From: an uncultured Candidatus Rokubacteria bacterium
Lineage (GTDB): Bacteria; Methylomirabilota; Methylomirabilia; Rokubacteriales; DASRDR01
DNA length: 64,000 nucleotides
Direction of reading: 5' to 3'
NCBI GenBank assembly: GCA_963708025.1
Contig: CAVPSB010000012.1
Location: 384,001-448,000 of the forward strand
Below are positions 54,480 to 64,000 of this stretch, in pieces. Within the stretch, counting starts at the first letter, position 1. Every line of letters begins with the position of its first letter. Below the pieces are notes generated by a model that ran no database searches, was not told where the DNA came from, and saw only the letters and a list, made by a program, of their open reading frames with translations. The translations under genes and the position numbers were made by a program.

Positions 54480-57330
54480 ATGCCCCCCTCCGAGCCGCTC
54501 CACCCCGTCGCCCGCGACCTGACCCCGGCGCTCCAGAGCTACCCACCGGCGTCCCGCTGGGACGACTGGGAGGAGTACGACCCGGTCGCGTGGCCCAAGA
54601 AGGTGGCGCGGCGCTACCGGCTCATCCCGACCATCTGCTTCAACTGCGAGGCGGCCTGCGGGCTCCTCGCCTACGTGGATCGCGAGACGGGGAAGGTCCA
54701 GAAGTTCGAGGGGAACCCCGAGCACGCGGGGAGCCGGGGGCGGAACTGCGCCAAGGGCCCGGCCACCCTGAACCAGATCGAGGACCCCGAGCGGATCCGC
54801 CATCCCCTCAAGCGGGTGGGGAAGCGGGGCGCCGGCCAGTGGCAGCGGGTCAGCTGGGACGAGGCGCTCGACGACATCGCGGCGCGGGTGCGCCGCGCGC
54901 TGGCCGAGGGCCGCCGCAACGAGATCATGTACCACGTCGGCCGCCCCGGCCACGAGCTGGTTTACCACCAGCGGATTCTCCACGCCTGGGGGATCGACGG
55001 CCACAACTCCCACACCAACGTCTGCTCCGCCTCGGCCCGCGCCGGCTACGCCTTCTGGCACGGCTTCGACCGCCCGTCCCCGGACCACAGCCAGGCCCGC
55101 TTCATCCTCCTGCTCTCGTCGCACCTCGAGACCGGCCACTACTTCAACCCCCACGCCCAGCGGATCATGGAGGCGAAGCAGCGGGGGGCGAAGGTCTGCG
55201 CCATCGACACCCGGCTCTCGAACACGGCGTCGATGGCCGACTACTGGCTGTCGACGTGGCCGGGGACCGAGGCGGCCGTCCTGCTCGCGATGTGCCAGAT
55301 GATCATCAGCGAGCGGTCCTACGACCGGGAGTTCCTCCGGCGCTGGACGAACTGGGACGTCTACCTGCGCGAGGAGCACCCCGGCCAGCCGTGCACCTTC
55401 GAGAGCTTCGAGGCCCTCCTGCCCGGGCTCTACGCCGAGTACACGCCGGAGTTCGCGGAGCGGGAGTCGGGGGTTCCGGCGGCGACCATCGTGGAGGTGG
55501 CGCGCGAGGTGGCCCGGGCCGGCTCGGCGCTCTCGACCCACGTCTGGCGGAACGCGGCGGCCGGGAACCTGGGGGGCTGGCAGGTGGCGCGGGCCCTCGA
55601 GCTGCTGGTCGTGCTGATGGGCGCCGTCGCCATGCCGGGCGGCACCGCCCCGAGCTTCTGGAACAAGGCCGTCCCGGCCCCGCCGCTGATGCCGCCGCCG
55701 GCCAAGGTGTGGAGCGAGCTGCTCTACCCGCGCGAGTACCCGCTGGCCTTCTTCGAGATGAGCTTCCTGCTCCCCCACTTCCTGAAGGAAGGGCGGGGCA
55801 AGCTCGACACCTACTTCACCCGGGTCTACAACCCGGTCTGGACCAACCCCGACGGCTTGTCCTGGATCGAGATGCTGACCGACGAGGCCCGGCTGGGCCT
55901 CCACGTCTGCCTGACGCCGATCTGGAGCGAGACCGCGTGGTTCGCCGACTACGTGCTGCCGATGGGCCACGGCTCCGAGCGCCACGACCTCATGAGCCAG
56001 GAGACCCACGCCGCCCGCTGGATCGGCTTCCGCCAGCCGGTGCTCCGGGTGGCGATGGAGCGGGCCGGCCGGCGCTTCGCCACCACGTGGGAGGCCCACG
56101 CCGCCGCCGGCGTCGGCGAGATCTGGGAGGAGGACGAGTTCTGGATCGAGCTGTCCTGGCGGATCGACCCGGACGGCGCCCTCGGCATCCGGAAGTACTT
56201 CGAGTCGCCGGCCCGGCCCGGGGACGAAGCTCACCGTCGACGACTTCTACGGCTGGATGTTCGAGCACTCGGTGCCCGGGCTGCCGGCCGCCGCCGCCAA
56301 GGAAGGGCTGACCCCGCTCCAGTACATGCGGAAGTACGGCGCCTTCCTGGTGGAGGACGGGGTCTACCGGACCCACGAGAAGACGCTGGGGCCGGGCGAG
56401 CTCGAGGGCGCGACCGTCGAGCCCGCGACCGGGCTCATCACGAAGGGCGGAGCCGCGATCGGCGTCCAGATCGACGGCCAGGCGATGGCCGGCTTCCCGA
56501 CGCCGTCGCGGAAGCTGGAGCTCTACTCGACGACGCTCCGGGACTGGAAGTGGCCGGAGTACGCGCTGCCCGGCTACATCCGGAGCCACGTCCACTGGTC
56601 CCAGATGGACCGGAGCAAGAACGAGTTCCTGCTGCTCCCGACCTTCCGGCTGCCCACGCTCATCCACACCCGCTCCGGCAACGCCAAGTGGCTCTACGAG
56701 ATCTCGCACTCGAACCCGGTGTGGCTGCACCCCCGCGACGCCGACCGGCTCGGGGTCCGGACCAACGACCTGGTGAAGGTCGCCACCGAGATCGGCTCGT
56801 TCGTGGACAAGGTCTGGGTCACCGAGTCGATCCGGCCGGGGATCGTCGCCTGCTCCCACCACCTGGGGCGCTGGCGCCTGGCCGAGGAGACCGGCGGCGA
56901 CCGCTGGTCCACCGCGCTGGTGGACCTCCGGCCGGACGGCGCCGGCCGCTGGCGGATGCGGACGATCCACGGGATCCGGCCCTTCCCGAGCGAGGACCCG
57001 GACTCGAGCCGCGTCTTCTGGGAGGACGCCGGGGTCCACCAGAACCTGACCTTCCCCGTCCAGCCCGACCCGGTCAGCGGCCAGCACTGCTGGCACCAGA
57101 AGGTGCGCGTCGAGCGGGCCGGCGTGGACGACCGCTACGGCGACGTCGTGGTCGACACCAACAAGGCGCACGACGTCTACCGCCGCTGGCTCAACATGAC
57201 CCGGCCGGCGCCGGGACCCGGGGGCCTGCGGCGCCCGCTCTGGCTGCCCCGGGCCTACAAGCCCGATCCCTCGAGTTACCGGTTGACAGAAGGGAGCGAC
57301 GTCCCGAAGGCCGAAGGCCGTCCGAACTAG
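54480..57330 (+). CDS. Molybdopterin (bis-MGD) oxidoreductase catalytic subunit; frameshift near 56226
   Basis: TICFNCEAACG..NCAKG, RIRHPLKRVGKRG.G.W..VSWDEA, HNSHTNVCS, SETAWFADYVLP, then GFPTPSRKLE, HTRS, VWLHP.DA..LG in the next frame. Confidence 0.92.
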
Positions 57331-57365
57331 GCCGAAGGCCGGAGCCGTCGCGACCAGATGGAGAC

Positions 57366-59093
57366 ATGATGGCGACCAAGACCATCCGCGTCGAGACCGT
57401 GGCCCAGGCTTACCTCGAGATCCTGCGCGAGCGCGGGGTCGATGTCTTTCTCGCGAACGCCGGCACCGACTTCGCCTCGATCGTGGACGCCTTCGCGAAG
57501 TTCGCGGCCGAGGGGAAGACCGTCCCGCGCCCCCTGGTGGTGCCGCACGAGTTCGTGGCGGTGTCGATGGCCCACGGCTACTACGCGGTCACCGGACGCC
57601 CGCAGGTGGTCATGGTCCACGTCACGGTGGGGACCGCCAACGCGTCCGGCGCCGTGATCAACGCGGCGCGGGGCCGGACGCCCGTGATCTTCAGCGCGGG
57701 CCGGACGCCGATCACCGAGGACGGCGCCCTCCGCGGCGCGCGGGACACCCACATCCACTGGGCCCAGGAGGCCTTCGACCAGGCCGGGATGCTGCGCGAG
57801 TACCTCAAGTGGGACTACGAGCTGCGCCAGCCGACCCAGATCGAGGCCGTCGTGGACCGGGCGCTCGAGCTCGCGATGGCGGAGCCCCGGGGCCCCGTCT
57901 ACCTCACGCTCCCCCGCGAGGTGCTGGCCCAGCCGCTCGGCGAGGTCACCGTCACCGTCCCGAGCCGCCGCCAGGTCGAGAGCCGCCGGTTCCCGGATCC
58001 CCGGCGGATCGAGGAGGCGGCCGAGATCCTCGCCACCGCCCGCGCCCCGCTCATCCTCACCGCCGAGGCGGGACGCGATCACGCCGCCATCGAGGGGCTC
58101 GTGGCCCTCGCCGACGCGGGAGCGATCGCCGTCGCCGAGGTGAGCCAGACCTGCGTCAGCTTCCCGGCCGCGCACCCGTGCCACGTCGGCTACGCCTACG
58201 GGAGCCAGACCCACCCGGCCGTCTCGGAGGCCGACGCGATCCTCGTGGTGGACTCCGACGTCCCATGGTTCCCGGCCCGCGTGAAGCTGCGGGACGACGC
58301 CCGGGTGATCCAGCTCGCCGTGGATCCGTTCTGGAGCCGCTACCCGATGCGCTCGTACCCCTGCGACGTCCCGATCGCCGCCGAGCCGGCGGTGGCGCTG
58401 CCGCTGCTCGCCGAGGCGGTGCGGCGGCGCGCTCGCCGGGACGAGGTCGAGGCCCGGCGGTCCCGGCTCGCCGCCGAGCACCAGGCGCAGCGGGCGGCCT
58501 GGGCTGCCGCCGCCGAGGCCGAGCGGAGCCGGACGCCGATCGGCTTCCAGTGGGCCTCCCGCTGCATCGGCGAGGTCCTCGGGCCCGACACCATCGTGTT
58601 CAACGAGTACCCGCTCGACACCCGCCACGCGCCGCCGCCGGGGCCGGGCTCCTACTTCGGCTCGCCCCACGCGGGCGGCCTCGGCTGGGGGCTGGGGGCG
58701 GCGCTCGGCGCGAAGCTCGCCCGGCCCGACAAGACGGTGATCGCGACGCTGGGGGACGGCGCCTACATCTTCGGCGCCCCCACCGCGGCCCACCTGGCGG
58801 CACGGATGCACGACCTCCCGATCCTGACGATCGTGTTCAACAACGAGTCGTGGGAGGCGGTGGCCCGGGCCACGCTCCAGGTCCACCCCGACGGCTGGGC
58901 CGCCACGACGAAGACCATGCCGCTCTCCCACCTCGGGCCGTCGCCGCGCTACGAGGAGATCGTCCGCGCCTTCGACGGCCACGGCGAGCGCGTCGAGGCG
59001 CCGGAGGCGCTGCCCGGCGCCCTCCAGCGCGCGCTGCGGGCGGTCCGCGAGGAGCGCCGCCAGGCCGTCCTCAACATCATCTGCCGCCGCTGA
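57366..59093 (+). CDS. Thiamine pyrophosphate-requiring enzyme (acetolactate synthase/decarboxylase-like)
   Basis: NAGTDF, PHEFVAVSMAHGY, HVTVGTAN, KWDYEL, GPVYLTLPRE, GGLGWG.GAALG, GDGAY...NN TPP motif. Confidence 0.9.
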   Translation: MMATKTIRVETVAQAYLEILRERGVDVFLANAGTDFASIVDAFAKFAAEGKTVPRPLVVPHEFVAVSMAHGYYAVTGRPQVVMVHVTVGTANASGAVINAARGRTPVIFSAGRTPITEDGALRGARDTHIHWAQEAFDQAGMLREYLKWDYELRQPTQIEAVVDRALELAMAEPRGPVYLTLPREVLAQPLGEVTVTVPSRRQVESRRFPDPRRIEEAAEILATARAPLILTAEAGRDHAAIEGLVALADAGAIAVAEVSQTCVSFPAAHPCHVGYAYGSQTHPAVSEADAILVVDSDVPWFPARVKLRDDARVIQLAVDPFWSRYPMRSYPCDVPIAAEPAVALPLLAEAVRRRARRDEVEARRSRLAAEHQAQRAAWAAAAEAERSRTPIGFQWASRCIGEVLGPDTIVFNEYPLDTRHAPPPGPGSYFGSPHAGGLGWGLGAALGAKLARPDKTVIATLGDGAYIFGAPTAAHLAARMHDLPILTIVFNNESWEAVARATLQVHPDGWAATTKTMPLSHLGPSPRYEEIVRAFDGHGERVEAPEALPGALQRALRAVREERRQAVLNIICRR

Positions 59094-59196
59094 GGCGGCT
59101 GTCCCGAAAGCGGTCGTGACGTCGGCCGCCCAGGGCGTCACCTCGGCGCCTCGTAAGGTAGTGCCCCCTCCCTCCTCAGGAGAGGGTCCACGCGAG

Positions 59197-59225
59197 TTGA
59201 TCTGGAGGACAAATGTCTATACACT
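59197..59225 (+). promoter_or_regulatory. Sigma70 promoter for a leaderless brnT transcript
   Basis: TTGATC-17nt-TACACT-6nt-GTG. Confidence 0.65.
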
Positions 59226-59231
59226 AGCCGG

Positions 59232-59510
59232 GTGCGGTTCGAGTGGGATCCTCCCAAGGCGGAGGCGAACCTACGGGCTCACGGAGTGAGTTTCGCGGAA
59301 GCGGTCACGGTTCTCGAAGACGACTTTGCCCTGACTCGTGAGGATGCCGGGGTCGTGGAAGAGTCGCGCTTCGTAACCCTGGGCCTCAGCAACGCAGGAA
59401 ACCTGCTCGTCGTGGTGTACATGTATCGCGAGCCCGACATCGTCCGCGTGATCTCGGCCTGGAAGGCCAACAAGCGCCAGAGGGTGCACTATGAAGAAGG
59501 TCGTAGCTGA
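59232..59510 (+). CDS. brnT: BrnT family toxin
   Basis: MRFEWD..KA..NL..HGVSF.EA, E.RF.TLG, LLVVVY, RVISA. Confidence 0.9.
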   Translation: MRFEWDPPKAEANLRAHGVSFAEAVTVLEDDFALTREDAGVVEESRFVTLGLSNAGNLLVVVYMYREPDIVRVISAWKANKRQRVHYEEGRS

Positions 59511-59814
59511 GAAATATCGCGACATCGACTTCTCGCGCGCCAAGCGCGGCCCCGTCGTCAAGCCCGAGCCAGGCAAGACCAAGATCTCGATTCGCCTGGA
59601 CAACACCGTGCTGGAATACTTCCGGGATCTGGTGGAGAAGGCTGGCGGAGGGAACTACCAGACTCTGATCAACGACGCCCTGCTGGGGCATGTGCACCGA
59701 CTCTCCGTGCTCGACGTCGTGCGGCAGGTGGTGCGGGAAGAACTCGCATCGTACGGCGCCACGCGATCTACGTCAGGCCGCGCTCCAGCCGGGACTCCCG
59801 GCGCAGCGCGATGA
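59491..59814 (+). CDS. brnA: BrnA family antitoxin
   Basis: DFSRAKRG, K.KISIRLD..VLEYFR, YQTLINDAL (RHH); overlaps brnT. Confidence 0.88.
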   Translation: MKKVVAEKYRDIDFSRAKRGPVVKPEPGKTKISIRLDNTVLEYFRDLVEKAGGGNYQTLINDALLGHVHRLSVLDVVRQVVREELASYGATRSTSGRAPAGTPGAAR

Positions 59815-59859
59815 AGGTGTCCCTGAGGCCCGTTGCGTCTCGGCAGATCCAGGTTGTTC

Positions 59860-59943
59860 TAACCTAGCTACCAGACGGTCGGCGAACTCCTCGGTCAGCC
59901 CGTTGGCCCGGATGAGACTCTGGACGTCGGCCAGGTCGCGCAT
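59860..59943 (-). pseudogene. Possible remnant of a nucleotidyltransferase-like gene C-terminus
   Basis: RDLADVQSLIRANGLTEEFADRL resembles the KDxxDV helix of AbiEii/DUF6036-like NTases. Confidence 0.35.
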
Positions 59944-60016
59944 CGGAATCGTTCCTGGCTGGCAGCGGGGACCCGAGCTATGCTGAGACGTCACGGCATC
60001 GCGCCGGACGGGAGAC

Positions 60017-61010
60017 ATGACGGCCTCACTCATCCTCATGGTCACCCTGACTGTCGGCCTCCTCGCCGCGCCGGTCGCCGCCGAGGCCCAGCAGGCGGCC
60101 AAGGTCGCTCGAATAGGCTACCTGGCGGGCAACCTGGCCGCTGGCCCCCACCTGCGAGAGGCCTTCCGTCAAGGACTGCGTGACCTCGGTTACGTCGAGG
60201 GCCGCAACGTCGTGATCGAATACCGAGATGCCGAGGGGAAGCTCGAGCGGCTCCCCGCTCTTGCGGCCGAACTGGTTGCGCTCAAGGTTGATGTCATCGT
60301 GGCCCCAAGCACACCCGCCGCCCTGGCCGCCAAGCAAGCGACCAGGACCCTCCCCATTGTCTTCGCTGCTGCTGCCGATCCGGTTGACGAGCGGGCTCGT
60401 CACCAGCCTTGCGCGGCCGGGCGGCAATGTCACGGGGTTGTCCATCCTCGCCCCGGAGCTAGTCGGCAAGCGTCTGGAACTGCTCACGCAGGCCGTTCCG
60501 GGGGTCAGTCGGGTCGCTGTCCTCTGGCAGCCAGGTGCCCTCGGCGAACGCACGGAAAAGGACATGCTGAAGGAAGCAGAAGTCGCGGCACGGGCGCTGG
60601 GGGTGCGGCTTCAATTCGTTGAGGCGCGAGGTCCCGCCGATTTCGACAGGGCCTTCTCGGACATGACCAGGGCGCGCGCGGGTGCTCTGACTGTGTTGGG
60701 AAGCACCATGTTCTTCAGTGAGCGAAGACGCCTCGTGGACCTGGCGGCCAAGAACCGGCTGCCGGCAGTGTACCCATTGAGGGAGTTTGTCGATGCCGGG
60801 GGCCTTATGTCCTATGGACCGAACCTTGCTGATTTGTATCGGCGCGCCGCTACCTACGTGGACAAGATTCTCAAGGGCGCCAAGCCCGCCGACCTGCCCG
60901 TCGAGCAGCCGACGAAGTTCGAGCTGGTGATCAACCTCAAGACCGCCAAGGCGCTCGGCCTGACGATCCCGCCGTCGCTGCTCGCGCGGGCGGACGAGGT
61001 GATCCAGTGA
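60017..61010 (+). CDS. ABC transporter substrate-binding protein (ABC_sub_bind, putative Trp/Tyr-like); frameshift near 60386
   Basis: AEAQQAAKVARIGYL, GLRDLGYVEGRN, SLARPGGNVTG, GGLMSYG, YVDKILKGAKPADLPVEQPTKFELVINLKTAKALG. Confidence 0.92.
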
Positions 61011-61153
61011 CGCGGGAGAAACCGAACGCCTCCCCGCATTCTTCGGATCAACTGGGCCACCACTACCCGAGCGACCAGGGAGGCGCTTCGTCACCAAACT
61101 CATGACCCGGCTGTCTCATTCTTGTTGACAGGCTCCGTGAGCCCCGCCGGGCG

Positions 61154-61182
61154 TTGGAACCGAGGCCCGGGGCGGCCATAAT
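61154..61182 (+). promoter_or_regulatory. Sigma70-type promoter for the IOR gene
   Basis: TTGGAA-17nt-CATAAT. Confidence 0.5.
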
Positions 61183-61212
61183 AGGAGTAATCTGACCGGC
61201 TCGGGGGTGGGC

Positions 61213-64000
61213 ATGGACGGGACGGGGCGGGGGACGGCGGCGACGAGCGGGATCACGCTGGACGACCGCTACCTGCGCGAGCGCGGGCCCGTGTACCTCT
61301 CCGGGCTGCAGGCGCTGGTGCGGCTGCCGATCGAGCAGAACCGCCGGGACCGGCGGGCGGGGCTGCGGATCGGCACCTTCGTCAGCGGCTTCCCGGGCTC
61401 GCCGCTCGGCGGCTACGACCTGGCCCTCCGCCAGGCCCGGGCGATCCTGCAGCAGCACGACGTCTCGCACGTCCCCGGCGCCAACGAGGAGTTGGCGGCG
61501 ACCGCCATCAGCGGGACCCAGATGCTCGACCACTATCCGCACTCGAAGTGGGACGGCGTGGTCGCCCTCTGGTACGGGAAGGGGCCGGGGGTGGACCGGA
61601 GCGGCGACGCCCTCAAGCACGGGAACTTCGCGGGGACCAGCCGCCACGGCGCGGTCGTGGTCCTGTCCGGCGAGGACCACGAGGCGAAGAGCTCGACCAT
61701 GCCGTACCAGGACGACTACGCGTTCGTCGGCCACGGCATGCCGATCCTCTACCCGGCGTCGACCGGGGAGTTCCTGACCCTCGGCCTTCACGCCATCGCG
61801 CTCTCGCGCTTCTCCGGCTGCTGGGTGGCGATGAAGCTGGTCGGCCAGCTCGCCGACGGCGGGGAGATCGTGGACGTCGCGCCCGACCGGCCGGCCATCG
61901 TGCTTCCCGAGCTCTCGTTCGGCGGCAAGCCCTTCCAGAAGTCCACCGACTTCACCTTCTTCCCGGGGCTCAACATCGAGACCGAGCGCCGCCTCTACTA
62001 CGAGCGCCACCGGGCGGTGGTGGCCTACGCGCGCGCCAACGGCCTCGACCGGGTCGAGGTGCGGGGCGAGCGCGACCGGCTCGGCATCGTGACCGCCGGC
62101 AAGAGCTACGCGGACACCCGGCAGGCGCTCGCCGACATGGGGCTCGACGAGGCGGCCCTCCGGCGCCTCGGCGTTCGGCTCCTGCGCATCGGCCTGATCT
62201 ATCCGGTGGACGCCGACCTGATCCGTGAGTTCGCGCGGGACCTCGACGAGGTCCTCGTGATCGAGGAGAAGCGCGGCTTCCTCGAGTCCCAGGTGAAGGA
62301 AGCGCTGTGCGGGCTTCCCCGGGCGATCCGCGTGCTCGGCAAGTTCGACGAGAGCGGGGCGCCGCTGTTCCCGATCCAGGGCGGCATGGACTCCGACGCG
62401 ATCGCCGAGCGCCTGGGCCCCCGCCTGAGCATGCTCGCCCCCGACCATCCCGGCGACTTTTCGAGAATCGGGGGCCGCCTGGCCGAGCTGCGGGTGATCC
62501 GCGGCCGCGCCGCCGAGACGCTGCCGGGGCGCACCCCCAACTACTGCTCGGGCTGCCCCCACAACGTCTCGACCCGCCTCCTCGAAGGGCAGGTGGCCTG
62601 GGGGAGCCCGGGCTGCCACTCCTTCGCCTCGATCATCGAGCAGCCCGAGCGGCACATCGTCTCGATGACCCAGCTCGGAGGCGAGGGGCTCCCGTGGATC
62701 GGCCTGGCCCCGTACACCGACCGCCCCCACATGGTCCAGAACGTCGGCGACGGGTCGCTCTTCCACTCGAGCTACCTCAACATCCGCTTCTGCGTCGCGG
62801 TCGGGGTCAACATCACCTTCAAGATCCTCTACAACGGCTACGTCGCGAACACCGGCGCCCAGGAGATGGTGGGCGGCAAGCCCATCCCCGAGCTGACCCG
62901 CCTCCTGGAGATCGAGGGCGTCAAGCGGATCGCCCTCTTGACGAAGGACCCTGCCGCCTACCGGGACGCCCGGCTGGCGTCGAACGCCGTGGTCTACCCG
63001 GTGACCCGCCAGGACGCGGTGCTGAAGGAGCTGCAGGAGACTCCGGGTGTCACGGTGTTCATCTACGACGGGACGTGCGCCAACGAGCGCCGCCGCCGCC
63101 AGAAGCGGGGCCAGCTCCCGGTCACGAATCGCTTCGTGGTGATCAACGAGGAGGTCTGCGAGAACTGCGGCCACTGCGGGGTCGTCACCAACTGCATGTC
63201 GCTCCAGAAGGTGGACACCGAGTTCGGCCTCAAGACCCGGATCCACACCTCCTCCTGCAACCAGGACTACTCCTGCTTGAAGGGCGACTGCCCGTCGTTC
63301 ATGACCGTCGAGACGCAGGCGGGCACCGGCTACCGCCGGCCGGCCACGCCGGAGCTGGCGGCCGACGCCATCCCCGAGCCCGCGACCCGGGCGTCCCTCG
63401 ACCGGCCGTACCACCTCTACGTCCCCGGCGTCGGCGGCACCGGCGTCATCACCATCAACGCCCTCCTCTGTTACGCGGCGTGGATGGACGGCGTCCGCGT
63501 CCTCTCCTACGACCAGACGGGCGCCGCCCAGAAGTGGGGACCGGTCCTCTCGAGCCTCGTCCTGGCCGTGCCCGGCCAGGCGCTCCACGCCAACAAGGTC
63601 GGGCTGGGCAAGGCCGACCTCTACCTGGCCTTCGACCTGATGGCGGCCGCGAGCCGCGTGAACCTCGACCGCTGCGACCCGGCCCGCACGGCCGCCGTCG
63701 TGAATCCTGGGCTCTTGCCGAGCGGCGAGATGATCCGCGACGTCCACTTCACGCCGCCGGTGGAGGCGATGCGCGAGGCGATCGGACGCGTCACCGACCC
63801 GACCCGGAGCGTCGCGGTCAACGCGCGACAGATCGCCGAAGCGCTCTTCGGCGACTACATGGCGACGAACATGGTCGCCCTCGGGGTGGCCTACCAGGCC
63901 GGGCTCCTCCCGCTCACGTCGGCCAGCATCGAGGGGGCCATCCGTCTCAACGGGGTCGGGGTCGCCCAGAACCTCCAGGCGTTCCGCTACGGGCGCCTCC
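61213..64000 (+). CDS. Indolepyruvate:ferredoxin oxidoreductase family protein, fused alpha/beta (3' truncated; absent from the ORF track)
   Basis: TLDDRY, LSGLQALVR, SGFPGSPLGG, NEELAATA, WYGKGPGVDRSGD, YCSGCPHN, GDGS, CENCGHC, CNQDYSC..GDCPSF, GVGGTGV. Confidence 0.93.
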   Translation, partial: MDGTGRGTAATSGITLDDRYLRERGPVYLSGLQALVRLPIEQNRRDRRAGLRIGTFVSGFPGSPLGGYDLALRQARAILQQHDVSHVPGANEELAATAISGTQMLDHYPHSKWDGVVALWYGKGPGVDRSGDALKHGNFAGTSRHGAVVVLSGEDHEAKSSTMPYQDDYAFVGHGMPILYPASTGEFLTLGLHAIALSRFSGCWVAMKLVGQLADGGEIVDVAPDRPAIVLPELSFGGKPFQKSTDFTFFPGLNIETERRLYYERHRAVVAYARANGLDRVEVRGERDRLGIVTAGKSYADTRQALADMGLDEAALRRLGVRLLRIGLIYPVDADLIREFARDLDEVLVIEEKRGFLESQVKEALCGLPRAIRVLGKFDESGAPLFPIQGGMDSDAIAERLGPRLSMLAPDHPGDFSRIGGRLAELRVIRGRAAETLPGRTPNYCSGCPHNVSTRLLEGQVAWGSPGCHSFASIIEQPERHIVSMTQLGGEGLPWIGLAPYTDRPHMVQNVGDGSLFHSSYLNIRFCVAVGVNITFKILYNGYVANTGAQEMVGGKPIPELTRLLEIEGVKRIALLTKDPAAYRDARLASNAVVYPVTRQDAVLKELQETPGVTVFIYDGTCANERRRRQKRGQLPVTNRFVVINEEVCENCGHCGVVTNCMSLQKVDTEFGLKTRIHTSSCNQDYSCLKGDCPSFMTVETQAGTGYRRPATPELAADAIPEPATRASLDRPYHLYVPGVGGTGVITINALLCYAAWMDGVRVLSYDQTGAAQKWGPVLSSLVLAVPGQALHANKVGLGKADLYLAFDLMAAASRVNLDRCDPARTAAVVNPGLLPSGEMIRDVHFTPPVEAMREAIGRVTDPTRSVAVNARQIAEALFGDYMATNMVALGVAYQAGLLPLTSASIEGAIRLNGVGVAQNLQAFRYGRL

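Noticed and set aside
54480-59093. 1537-aa ORF suggesting a molybdoenzyme-TPP enzyme fusion
   Set aside because: A +1 shift near 56226 moves the true molybdoenzyme C-terminus to ORF 56257-57330. The intervening translation is off-frame, and the TPP gene has its own SD and ATG at 57366/57369.
2975-60386. Programmed ribosomal frameshifting in the permease, M16, molybdoenzyme and SBP genes
   Set aside because: Each break is fixed by removing one base, with no slippery heptamer; more consistent with sequencing insertion errors.

Overview
A very GC-rich bacterial chromosomal segment with about 50 protein-coding genes. I recognised no rRNA, tRNA, CRISPR array or intact transposase. The gene style and a solitary ABC substrate-binding-protein paralog are reminiscent of Ca. 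Rokubacteria/Methylomirabilota, but this is a tentative inference. Main content: a YbhG/F/S-type ABC exporter, an inactive-type M16 peptidase subunit, corA, Tim44 and AsmA proteins, a PAS histidine kinase with a sigma54 regulator, citrate synthase, dapF, sthA, a BNR beta-propeller plus MoaD pair, ggt, an IlvD/Edd dehydratase, mlaC, an LLM/F420 oxidoreductase, lemA-htpX, an M28-PA-PDZ peptidase/DinB/TolB-like cluster, IclR, a degenerate solute symporter, uvrA, EF-G2, a two-subunit Fe-S hydro-lyase, a DksA-like protein, an HPrK-like kinase with comA, a DUF2760-Hsp70-Hsp70 operon, an FeS-NrfD fusion with a molybdoenzyme, a TPP enzyme, a BrnT/BrnA toxin-antitoxin pair and a truncated IOR-family oxidoreductase. 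Several genes are broken by single-base insertions, probably long-read errors. Most notable: (i) the DUF2760/tandem non-canonical Hsp70 operon, whose first gene looks like a membrane-anchored GrpE mimic; (ii) a DapF with both catalytic Cys replaced by Ser and a citrate synthase with the catalytic Asp replaced by Asn; (iii) the HPrK-like/comA and beta-propeller/ubiquitin-like gene couples; (iv) about ten copies of a ~100-bp G-rich palindromic element at gene junctions that appears to donate ribosome-binding sites; (v) a MITE with 19-bp inverted repeats, several leaderless-type promoters, two sigma54 promoters and many gene relics. All calls come from reading motifs by eye; no database search was run.
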